Source: Fonticula alba ATCC 38817
Lineage: Eukaryota > Protista > Nucleariida
NCBI GenBank assembly: GCA_000388065.2
Contig: KB932201.1
Strand: one strand, 5' to 3'
Length of the DNA: 64,000 nt
Position numbers and translations under genes: made by a program. Numbering within the stretch: position 1 is the first letter of the stretch; each line of letters starts with the position of its first letter. Positions 25,867 through 37,501 of the stretch are shown here, piece by piece. The notes under the pieces were generated by a model that had not been told where the DNA came from, did not search any database, and saw only the letters and a program-made list of their open reading frames with translations.

Positions 25867-27339
25867 CTAGATCTGCAGCTCGAGCTCCAGCTTGAGGTTG
25901 GTGCGGATCCAATCCGGCAGGCGGGCAAAGCGCCGGTGCACGCCAGTTGACGGCCAGTAATGCGGGGCCAACAGCAGCTGTCGGAGGGTGCGCTCCGGCA
26001 GGAGGAGCTCCAGCGCATCGGGCGATGTGACCGCCACCCCGGCTGGCCAGGGGCGCTTGACGATCAGGTCATACCGGAGTAGGCGATTCGAGTGGGCCAC
26101 CGCATCCGGGCCCGGGGTGTAGGCGCCGGACCAGCCGGCGAAGTGCGCGGAAAAGGTGCTCGGCTCGGTGCCGGCCAGTACCACAGTCACGCCGGCACGC
26201 GGGTCGAGCCCCACATGCGACGCATATTCGGCCGCCACGCGCACAAGCAACTCAAAGGAGCAGGACCCGATCGTCAGACCGAGACTTTCGAGCACCGGAG
26301 ACGACCCGGCGTCCGCGACCGAGGGCACCGGTGGCAGGAAGGCCGGGCACATCGGGCCAATCCAGAGGAAGACCCCGGGCCGAGGGGGGGCCCCCTCTCC
26401 CGGGGCCGGGTCGGTCGTGACATCGCGCAGTGAGCGAACAGCCGGGTCGACAATGTACGCGCAGTCCGGCCGCAAGTCGCGCTGGTGGAACGTCCGCACG
26501 GGAAGCCGCTCGAGATTGATGTACGGCGAGGCCAGGTTGGGGAAGGAGATTTCCAAGAGGACAGGCCAGAGGGGCTGGAGCACGGAGAGCCGGGCAGACG
26601 CGGGAGTCAGATGGGATTATCGAAAGAGGGAATGCCATCCAAGCGGAGGGGGGAGAAAGGGGGAAAGAGTGCGAGGACGAGCGAGAGAAGGGGGAGAAAA
26701 GGGACATCGGAGAGATGCATGCTGGACGGATGAATGCGCACCGTGGGCCGTGAGGGGATCGGCGGGGCCGGGATCGGGCGGCCAATCATGCCAACCGGCG
26801 TGTCGGTGTCCAGCCCCAGGTAGTGGCAAAAGTGCCGCCAAGCAGCGGCCATACGGGGAGTTGCAGCGACAGGCAGCTTCCCATCGGGCCCCGGCGGCTC
26901 GGAAATGGTCTCTGTCGCGGCCGAGGACCCCATGGCCTGGGCGATGTGCTGGGCATTGGCCACCTCGGCCGGGCTGGCCAGAGACCCAGCCCACACGACC
27001 GTGAAGGCAGTGCGATCGGGCCCGGCCCCAGCGCCAGGACCGCCCACCTCACCAGCAAGACTTCCCACGCGCGCCTGGAGGATGAAGCAGTCCCTGCTGT
27101 TTAGGGCGCTCCAGTGGCAATCCGCCTCGACGGCCAGATCGCGCATGCCAGCCAGGTAGGGCTTCAGCTGATAGAGCGTGACAGCTGTGACTGGGGTGTT
27201 GTCGGGGCCAGCCTCCGTCGACACCAAGGTCGACAGCCAGTGGAGGTGTTGCGTCAGGCTGGCCTGCCGCTGGGCGTGAGGGCCGGCAGACACCGTCACC
27301 AGGGGATCGACAGCATTGGCGGCCGTGGTGGTGGAGGTA

Positions 27340-27375
<36 letters not shown>

Positions 27376-29238
27376 GCAGTGGCGATCATTGGCTTGGAGC
27401 CGGGTGATGCTGTCTTGGGCGAGCCCGAAGTGCCGGCCTCCAGCGGCGGCACTCGGAACAGGCGACTGGGATTGTGCCTGAACGTCAGACGGGGATGGCT
27501 TGCCCCGCGACGGTACACCAGCGGCCGGCCAATGAATGTCGTAAACCAGTTCGGCTCCTCGAATTGAGAGATGATGAAGAGCTGTTTCGATTTGGCGGCG
27601 GCAGCAGCAGCAGCAGCAAGGGAAGTCACAGGGTCAGGAGGGGCGGGGGAGGGGCAGGGAAGCGCGCGGAGGCGGAGAGAGGGGGGAAGGAAAAAAACCC
27701 CGGACAAGAAACAAATCGGTGGTACGCACCCGAGGAAGGGCCCCAGCCAGCTGGAACTCATTGATCAGACCACGAGCAATCTTACGCTTGAACTGAGGCC
27801 CAGGCAAGATCGATGGCGAAAGGCCGTGCGAAAGGGGCGAGCAGAAAGAAAAGGGAAGAAGGACGAAGTCAGTGGTACAGGGGGGGGGGGGGGATCTGGT
27901 CAGCACAAGCCGAACGCCAACGCACGCGGGTCGTTTGTGAACCCTGCCACAGGATGAGGGTGCGCTCGGGTGAGAGGGCACTCTCGTCGATGTAGAAAAA
28001 CAGGCAGTCCTCCGAGAAGAGGAGCAGCGGCGGTGGCGGAACCCCGGTGGTGAAGGGAACCCCCTCGAAAAGCGCGTCGCGGGTGACATCCAGCGACTTC
28101 TGCTCGACCTCGTCCACCAGGAAGACACGCCCCTGGGCCGATGCCAGGGAGATGCCGGCCGAGTGGGAGTCCGTTTGGATGGATCCAGCACCGGCGCGCC
28201 GGCCCGGGACCAACTGCATCCAGGGGGCCTCGCGCCCGGTGGGTGAGACGACAAAGTCGTCCGCCTGGCCGAAGGTGGCCAGGACCTTGACATGCTCGCG
28301 GATTTGTGGCAGAGCTAAGGAGCGCGGAGGGGAAGGGAGGAGGAGATGGCAGTAGCAGCAGCAGCAGCAGCATGAGGATCAGCAAATCGAGGAGCCATAA
28401 GGGGGGGGGGGGCAATGGGCCGGCATGGGGAAAAAGGCAGGGGCCCCCTTGGTGCGTACTGTCCAGGGAGAGGAGCGACGAGGAGTCAAACCAGTCATCG
28501 AACTTGCTTCGCCAGAAGACACTCTCACGGCCGGAAACCTCGCTACGCACGGTGGCAAAGCAGGTGTTACTGGCCAGGCCATTGCTGGGAGTCCCGGCCG
28601 GGGCGTCGGCCGAGCGGTCATTGACTTCATGGTCGGAGTCAATGCTGCCGATGGAGGGCCGCCGGGAGTCAGGCTGCCGAGTGGGCGAGACGCCGGCGGC
28701 CGTCACAGCCGCGCCCCGGCTGCCACCGGCCCGCTTGAAGAGCCGCCGCTCAACAAAGGCCTCAGCCCGGTCGACCGCCAGCAGGGCGGCCGTCACCCGC
28801 AGGACAGTCGGCGTCCGCGGCCCGACCCAGGTGAACACCTCGCCGGCCTCGGTGTCCAAAACATAGGCGGCTCCAGGGTCCAGCGAGGGGCGCAGCCGTC
28901 CGGAGGCCGCCTGCGCCGACTCATCGGCTGATATGGCCACCCGCTCGACCACGGTGCCGCTGGCGTGATCCGAGTCGCTGGGGTTGGCAGCCACCCGGAG
29001 CAGGGTGTATGCCCGGGTCCAGGCGCCCTCCTCCACGGCATCGAGGCCGGCATCATACTCGGACGTGACATCCGCCCGGCGGCCATGTAGGGTCTGCCAA
29101 AATTCCGCCGTGTCATCTGGGGCAAGGACCGAGAGTTAGGTGGAGTCAAGACAGGGGGGCGGATGGCAAGAAGAGAAGCCCCAGCACGGGGGGACCCATA
29201 TTGGGGCGCAAAAATAATGACAATCAAACCCGATAACA

Positions 29239-29271
<33 letters not shown>

Positions 29272-32200
29272 CATTCAACACCGGCCAGGCACAAAGGTAC
29301 ATGGCAGCCCCATTCCGGAGACGCACCGGACACGGTGATGATGTTGGCCGAGAAGTAATCCTGCAGGGCAACATCGCGGGCAAAGAGACGAGCAGCATCG
29401 CGCTCCCGCCGGGAGGCCCGGCGCCCGGACCAAACGTAGATATTGGCATCAAAGGCTCGGTACTGCGACGACTGGCTCCCGGCCGGCGGGACAGATGTGG
29501 CCGCGGCTGGCTGGGACTCGATGATCAGCACGAAGGCGTCGCCCTCATTGAGGCGCGACACCGACAACTCGGGGATCAGCCGCGCGCGCACCACCGAATG
29601 GCCCTTCAGCGTGTAGAGGAATGTGCGCTGCAGGGCGCAAAGTAATGCCGGGCGAGAGCGAAAAGGCCAACACCAGGGAGGAGGCACAGCGACCGGGGGT
29701 CAGCACGCCCGAGGCAAGGGAGGACGGCGAAAGGCAGCGGAGAGGCACATGAACAGCACACCATGAGGGAGGCAAAGGGGGCAAGGGGGAAAGGAAACGC
29801 ACCGGCGCCGACACAGGCGGGATGTAATCCTGGATGCGCTCGCGCAAGGACCGGAGGAAGTCCGAAGCCGCGTCGGCCCGCTGCTCGTGGGCTGACGCGG
29901 CGGCCGGCTCGGCCTCGGGGTCGGCGGCGTCCAGGCGAGCACGCTGCTCCCGGTGCGACAGGACCGACATGGCCCAGTTGGGCAATTCCCGCGCCGCGCC
30001 GGGGCCAGCACCGGCGGAACTCGGACTGACCGGCGACAGGGGGGGCGGCGTGTGCAATGCTGAGGCCATCGTATCGGGCCCGAGGAGGAGGCTGGCCCGA
30101 GCACCGGCAAGCAGGCGAATGGTGTGGCGACGATCACGAATGAGATCTTGATTCCGCAGACGGCTCACGTTCGGCGCCCCGGACGACGCCAGGGCACCCT
30201 CGAAGCTGACCGACGCGTCGATGGCTTCCGCACTGCGGGGCGCTGCACTCTGGAGAATGGAATACCTGATGCTCTGCCGCGTGGCCACCGAGGTGGAGGT
30301 CGAAGTGGCCCTTGCCCGAGCGGCCGCCCCTGGCTGGGGGAGAACCAAATGCAAGGCATCCGACTCATCGCGCAGACGCCGCAGCAGCGCCACAACATCC
30401 GCCTGCAGGGATACCCCTGGGACCACGACAAGCACCGAGGCCGGCAGGGGAGCCGCCGGTGACACCGGCGACACCGGCGACAGCGGACTGCCCGTGGAGG
30501 AAGTAGCCGCCGAGGCCGGGCCAATGTCAATGCGCACCACATGCACGATGTCCGGCCCCGGGCCTGCCGAGTCTTCGGAGGAGGTGGGCCGCAATGTGCG
30601 CACAGTCAAAGGGGTCACCTCGCGGAGACGTGTCACCGGGATGGATAGCAAGGGAGCGGTGGACCATTCGCCCGAACCGCGAAGCTGCACATGCTCCAAT
30701 GACAAGTCCGTGCACAGAACCGCCGCCGTCTGGCGGGCCAGCAGCGGGGTGATATCCTCCTCGTCGCTGACCATGGCCAAAGGGGCGGCCAGCGAGTCGT
30801 CGCACAGGCGAACCGAAACCCCGGCCAGGAGCAGGCGTCGGACGCACGCCCGATCCAGCGAGCGACACGCCAGGTGGCGCTGCTGCACCAGCGAGCTACC
30901 CTGGGCGCTGTTTCGCAGAAGCTGAGATCAAAGCAGTGGGACAGCCCCCCATGCGTTAGGACAGGAAGAGACGCGAAGAACCGGGCAGGGGCACATGTCG
31001 TCGCTGACAAGGGCCGGGAAAAAAAAAAGGGGGACAGGCTTCGTACCAGCGAGTGGATGGTCTTCCAAGTGGTGGTGATCTGGCCGCCAACGCCGCCGGC
31101 GCCACGGGTAGCAGCCCGATAAGCGAGGATATCCTGCACCGGCAGGGGGAAGCGCCGCAAAGTGTGATTGGTCTCCAGTGCTGTCAGGAGCTTCTCGAAC
31201 CCGAGCATGGTCGATCCATTGTTGTCGAGGGAGACGGATTGCAGGGTGGAGTTGTGCTTGAGAACTCTGCAGGGGGAAGATCATGGGTCGACAAAGGGAC
31301 GGAGGTCAGGGTGCGAGAGGAAAAAGAAGAGGAGGCGGACAGATGGCAGAAGGTATGGGAATCAAGAGGAGAGAGAGAGAGATAGGGAGAGAGAGATAGG
31401 GAGAGAGAGATAGGGAGAGAGAGATAGGGAGAGAGAGATAGGGAGAGAGAGAAAGAAAGAGAGAAAGAGAGAAAGAGAGAAAGAGAGAAAGAGAGAAAGA
31501 GAGAAAGAGAGAAAGAGAGAAAGAGAGAAAGAGAGAAAGAGAAAAAGAGAGAAAGAGAGAAATAGAGAGAGAAGACGTACTCAACAAGGGCCACGAGAGC
31601 GGCATCCTCGCCAGCATGTCCACTCAGATCTACCGCCCGCAGGCTCTGATTGAACCGCAGGGCGGGCAAGATGGCTTCGACGAGATCCTGACGCAGGCAA
31701 CATGCCCCGGCCCGGCCAGATGACTGGCCATAATCCCCGCGCATGGACAGCCGTTCGATGCATGGGCCTTGGGTGACGTCGGCGCTGGGGGCGGTGGCTG
31801 CGCCATCGCTCCGATCGCTGGCCACGCAACTCCGCAGCATCTGTGCAAAGAGTTGTGCCGGGCGGGAAACCGGCGCCGGGGGGCCGGCACCCGATCGAGA
31901 CCCGCCAGTGCCCGGGCCAAAGCGCATGCGCCCATGCTCGCCGGGGCTGTGCGCCGCGCCAAAGCACCGGTCCATCACCAGCGATCGGAGGGATGACGAC
32001 CCGGCCAGCAAGGAGGAGGCAACCGCCTCGAGGCCGGCATTCCCAAGGAAGTTGTCACTAATGTCCAGGGCCACGATATTGTGCGAGATCAGGCCGAAAA
32101 TCAACTCCGCGGTTTCGGCATTCAGGCCAACGTCGCGCAACACCAGGCACACATCCGCCAGGCAGGGATTGACCAAGAGATACCGGATGAACACCGGCAG

Positions 32201-33095
32201 GGAGTCCAGGGACAGAGGGTTGTGGCTCATGTCGAGGTACTGCGCGACACACCGCGGGGATCCCACCAAGATGAAGCGGGGGGCGAGGGGGGGGGGGGNN
32301 NNNNNNNNNNNNNNNNNNNNNNNNNNNNNNNNNNNNNNNNNNNGGGCAGACGCACCTTCAAATTTTCGCAATGCTGGATAATGTCCGACAGGGGCTTTAG
32401 GCAGGAGGTTTCATTCTCGGAAATGTCCAGATACTTGAGACTCCGAGCGCAGCCCTTGGAGAAGTCCTCTGTCCAGAGGGGGTGCGAGCCGGGGCGCGAG
32501 ATCCCAGGAAGGAGGGAGGGAAGGGAAGGTCAGGGGAGGGGGGGGGGGATAAGCGAAGGCCCGCCAAGCCTGATGGACGAGCCGAAGCAGAAGCACCACA
32601 GAAGGATGGGAGGGGAGAGGGAAGAAGAAAAGAGCCCATCCAAGAAAAAAAAGCCAGCTCACGCACCGACGACATATTCCAGCTTCAGGCGGGTGCGAGC
32701 AATGTCCAGGCGCTCGAGGTTGACCGCGGCACGGAGGACCGGCGACAGGGCCGACAGCACGTAGCGGTCCAGGCGAATGGACCGAAGCTCCAGTCGGGTC
32801 AGATTGGCCGGCTGCAGGAGCAGCAACGATCGACACAGGGCGGCCATTCCCCGACCGCGGGGATTGGTCACCGACTCGGAGATGGCCAGCCCCCGGAGGC
32901 TGATGCCGCATGTGAGCAGGTAGTCCGCCAGGGAGGTGAGCGCTCGGTCGCAGAGGAGGTTGCCGCTGAGATCCAGCGAGTGGAGCTCGCTGGCCGTGGG
33001 ACCATCTGCCGGGGAGACCCGCGCAGATGTGGAGCTTGGCGAGAAGAAAGTCATCGAGGAGGAGGGAGACATCCCGACGGCCGCGGCGACACCGC

Positions 33096-33126
<31 letters not shown>

Positions 33127-35346
33127 GCCAGAGGCGATTGCCACCGAGGAGCCGGCCCCATCGACCGCCGGGTGCAAGAGACGCGCCCGGCCAGCCAACA
33201 GTTCCACCGGATCGACGGTCAGTCCCACGCGCGACGCCTCGATGTAGGCGAAGGGGGTCCGATCTCCAAGAGCCATGAGCTGTGCCAGGGCGTCCAGCGC
33301 CAGGGGCGACAAGGGCAGGTAGGCGGCGTGCGCTTTCTCACGGGCCGTCGCCCCATTGAGGCCGCTGCCACTGCTGCTGCCCAGAGCACGGTGCCGCCGG
33401 GTGCGCAAAGGCAACGCCGGCAGCGGAGCCCCGGGCGAGGAGGTGGCCTCCTCGGCGGCGAGTGCGGTCGGATTCTGGTGGTCCGGCGAGGCGACCCCCT
33501 CCGACCCGTCCGAGGAAAGAATCCCCGGACTGAAGGAGGACGCCATGGCCAGGGTCCGGCTGGCACCGAGGGCCAAAGCAACGATCGACGCCCCGAGCCC
33601 CTCGAAGCTGGTGCTGTCGCTGGTGGTGGCGGACGAGCTGACAGCCGGGCCGCCGGCCGCGCCAGCCGCGGCCAGGAAATCCAACCGGGTATTGAGCGGA
33701 TCAAATTGCGACCGGGGAACCTGGCCCCCCTGGGCGTGGATCGCCGCGAGATGCAACTCCGGCGAGGGGTCCGGCCCGAAGGTCAAGCTGCTCCAGCGTC
33801 GCGAGTAGGCCAGCGACCAGAGCAGCGCCGCCATGTGGTCGTGCACCGTGTCCAAATCCAAATCCGGCCGCCAAAAGCGCCCCATGCGGAAGGTGCCCCG
33901 CAGGAGGGGATGCCCATGGGCGGAGGAAAGCTTCCCCGGCACCTCGGACCCATCCAGGTAGCTGGCGGAGTCGGCCTGGGCCGCGTGGTGCGCGAGCTCG
34001 GCTGCAGCCAGGGCCGCTTCCTCGGCCGCCAGGGTTCCCAAAACCAAAAGGTGCGACTGCAGCGGCGTCAGGGCCTTGGGAAAGCGGAAGCACGACGCCC
34101 GGTAGGAAAGGGCGAAATCCGCCGGATCGCCATGGGGAAGATGCGCCTTGAGAACGGCGAGGCTGTTTGCGAAAGGGAGGCAAAAGCAAAGCAGGTAAGA
34201 AGACCGGCGGCGGAAGGACGTCGGGCGATTGGGGGGGGGGGAGGGGGGGGAGGGTGGAGAGGAAGGGCAGAGCGAAGCGCATGACGAACCGATCGGGTGG
34301 CGTCACCTCCAGCGAGAAGGGAAGTCTCGGGGAGGAGGGGTACACGGCGTAGAAGCGCTCCAGCAACACTCGGATGAAGGGGTCACACATGCCCGGGGAA
34401 AACCGGATGAAGACATGCAGGGTAGTCTGGGAAGCGGGAACGCTGCCACCCCCGGCAGGCAGTTCGACGCCATTGATGCTGGTGCCGGGAGGGGCATCCG
34501 GTCCGGCAGGAGGAGCATCGGCAGCGCCGGATCCGGCCGCCGGATCCGGGTCCTCGTCACCCTGACGGCGTGAGAGGGTCTCGGCGGCAATGGACGAGTC
34601 GAAGGGGGACTGGCATTCGAGGATCAGCTCGTTGGGGGACGCCTCGGAATTGACAATCGCCACGTCAAGGAGGTGAATCTGGTGGAAGATCTACGCCGAA
34701 CATGCATGTGTGAGCAAATGGAAGGGGCTCGAGGTTTGTCGTTGTTTGTTTGTTTGTTTGTTTTTTGCCTGGTGTGTGCGTGTGCGTGGCGCGCTCCGGT
34801 GGGAGAGCCCTGACAAGCTGGAGAGAGGGCACGGGCGCTCGTGCGGGGGCGTACTTTCGTGGAGTCGGCGAAAAAGATGTTGAAGTCATCAATCAACACC
34901 AGGCCCGAGGACACCGCGGCGAAGGTGCCGGGGATGGTGCTGCTGCACTGCCCGGCCATCGGGGCACGCCCCCCTTGCAGAGCCTGGGCCACCATGGAAA
35001 AGGACCCGGGCGAGCCGATCAAACGCTGACACTTGAACTCCACCGATGGGTCGGAGAAGTATTCGACGGTGCCGCGCTTTTCGAGCTCCTGCTTCAGGAG
35101 GTCTGCGAGGCGTGAGGCGTTAGCTTGAGACATGGCGCACGGGGGGGGGGGGGCAAGAAGAAAGGAGGGGCGCGCGAACAGGCCAGAGTGAGCGAGGCGC
35201 GCGAGGAAAGGTGGAGAGCGAGACGCACCCTCAGCCGAAGCGGAGGGGGCCCCGGTGGCAGCGCGTGCGGGTTGATTCCAAATGGCCAGCTTCGTGACCA
35301 GACGGTCAACCCGAGACGAGGAGACGGAAGGCGAGGCGGCGGCCAT
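25867..35346 (-). CDS. CARMIL-type PH/LRR protein fused to gelsolin repeats and a divergent villin headpiece
   Basis: N-half has RI-like LRRs, including the CARMIL-like LRFNQSLRAVDLSGH...SLKHNSTLQSVSLDNNGSTMLGFEKLLTALETNHTLRRFPLPVQDI. C-half has about 5 gelsolin repeats (LNEGDAFVLI..IYVWSG; LDPGAAYVLDT..VFTWVG; FSEDCLFF..LILWQG; LNSRDCFILQ..VVWAG; LRPDCAYIVD..VFLWIG..EPSTFSAHFAGW). C-terminus FARLPDWIRTNLKLELEL is headpiece-like. Phase-0 intron 29628-29802 joins the halves in frame. Confidence 0.78.
31371..31560 (+). repeat. Compound GA-rich microsatellite, (GAGAGAGATAGG)n then (GAGAAAGA)n, intronic
   Basis: Tandem units visible directly; lies in an intron of the LRR-gelsolin gene. Confidence 0.9.
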
Positions 35347-37501
35347 GGCTGATGGGAGCCCGGCGCACGCCGACCGGGGGAGGGCGGGGGGGAGGGGGGG
35401 GGGGGGGGGGGGGGGGACGAGCCGAGGGCCAACCGTCGGCTTGAGATTGAGGAGAGGCTGGCAAAAGGCACAAGGGGCAGGAGGCGTCAAGACGGAAGGG
35501 GAACAGGGGGCAGAGGAGGGGCAAGTGCTTGCTGGTCCCCGGGCGCCGGTGCGCCGGGCCGAACAAGCCGCCCATCAAGGGCCTCCGAGGGGGGGGGGGG
35601 ACTGAGGCGAAACACGAAGCCAAAGGGGCGTGAAAATTCCTCTATGCGCCCGACCATCAAATTCAGGGGAGGAGGGGGGCGAGGCACGATCGACCGTGTC
35701 AGCAGGGGAACACAGCCAAGGGGCTGGTTTTCCTCCACCCCACCCCTTGGCGGGTACGTCTGAGGGCGCTCTGTTCGCTCTCTGGAGGGGGCGGCCTACC
35801 CCCCGGTGCCTCCCGGCAAAGATGATCTAGCGGGGCCCGGTTTCCGGGCGGGGAGCGGGCGGAGGGGAGGGGGGGGGAACACTCAGCGAACACGCAGACT
35901 CCTGCGTTGTCGGGCAGGGTCCGCCGAAGACTCCTCGGTCAGATGCGGGGCCGGGACAGGGGGGCAGGCGCGCCCAGAAGGAACCCTTACGAAGCAAGGC
36001 CATTACTGGTCCACACACACACTCGCACACACACACGCCGGCCCTGGGGCGCCCACAGGGGCGTCCCTCTGCCAAGCAGCGTTGGCGCCGTTTGCCTGGC
36101 TGGGGGGTCTCGAGCGCGTTCTCTGCTGGCGCCCCACACACAGGACCAAGTGCAAGGCAAGGGGCAACAGCATCCCCACATTCACGGACACACCAACCGA
36201 GACACGGACTCACGAGCATACGCACACACGTACACACATGTACGCGTACACACATATACGCGTACAGACGTACACATGTACACACGTACACACACACACA
36301 CATACACATGTACACGTACACACATACACACGCAGAGGCCCAAGCAATGGCGTCCATCGGCCAGGCCGATCAGCATCGCGTGTGGCATCTCATGCCTGTG
36401 CGCAGGAGGGGGACGGGGGGGGGGGGGGGGGGGGCACCAGTATCCTCTCCCAGCCCGCCCGCCCCCCGCCCTCCTGTGAGAAGGGGGCCACGGTGCACCC
36501 CCAGCCTTCGGCATCCTCATTTCCCCCACCCCTCCCCCCTCGCCGAGCGATGCGAGCCACACGAAAGACAAATGTGTACACACTAACTTGAGCATTGTTC
36601 TGCCCTCCCCGCTCCCCTGACCCATGCCTGGCCCTCCTGGGCACCCCCGCCCCTCTTGGCCCAGGCGGGGTCTTCCCGGGCACCTCCCTCGCCCCTCCGT
36701 TGTCGCCACACCGAGCTGGGGCAGGCGACGGCGCGAATGGTTCCGGCAAGGCGCGCGGGGTCGAGGCACGAAGCTCGGGCCGGGCGAGAGCCCACGGAAG
36801 GCGCACGAGCCCCTTGTTGGCACAAAGTGGCGTGTGTCCTACTCACCTGATCATATGTTGGTCGATTGGACGGCGGTGTGATCGGCCAGACACGCGCTTC
36901 CCATTCCATCCAGAGGTCGCCCGAGGCCGGCCGCGGCCCTTTTTCTTCCCGTGCAAGAACCATTTCCGCCGGTCCCCCTCTCTCCCCCAGGTCTCTCTCC
37001 CCAGGGGGTGGCGTCCTCCTGAATAACAAATTCAACCGCGCCCACCAGGGGGACCAAGGGCAGGGCGTCCGCGAAGCATCCGGGACATCCGGGGGGTGGT
37101 AAGCGCCGGGGGCGGGCTCATGTAAGATCCGGCGCGAGCGGGCGCCCCTTTTTTAGACCAAGCTCCTAGCCCCTGGTGGGCCCTCGGCACCCCGGGCCCA
37201 GCCCCAGCCCGCGCAGGCCGGCCCAGTGTAAGCCCGCGAGCGCAGGAGCGCCCGCGCGTGCGCACGCGCGCACGCGCGATGGAAATCAGGATCGGGTCCG
37301 GGGCATACCCTCGCTGGGCCTCCGGCATATCGGCACTTTTCGGGACCCAGTGGCCTCTCCCCCTGCCCCCCGGTGTGGGGCCCCAAAAGCTCCCTACATC
37401 CCCCTCTCCCCCCCATTTCCGGCTGCATCCCCCTGCCCGCCTCTTCCTTTGCCTCTCCCCCTCCTCCCATCCTCCCCTCTCGTCAAACACATTCACACAC
37501 C

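Noticed and set aside
32482-34284. Long + strand ORFs antisense to real genes (also 1724-2632, 15324-16367, 51078-52406, 56230-57306)
   Set aside because: Shadow ORFs expected from high GC and GC3 bias; no recognisable motifs.
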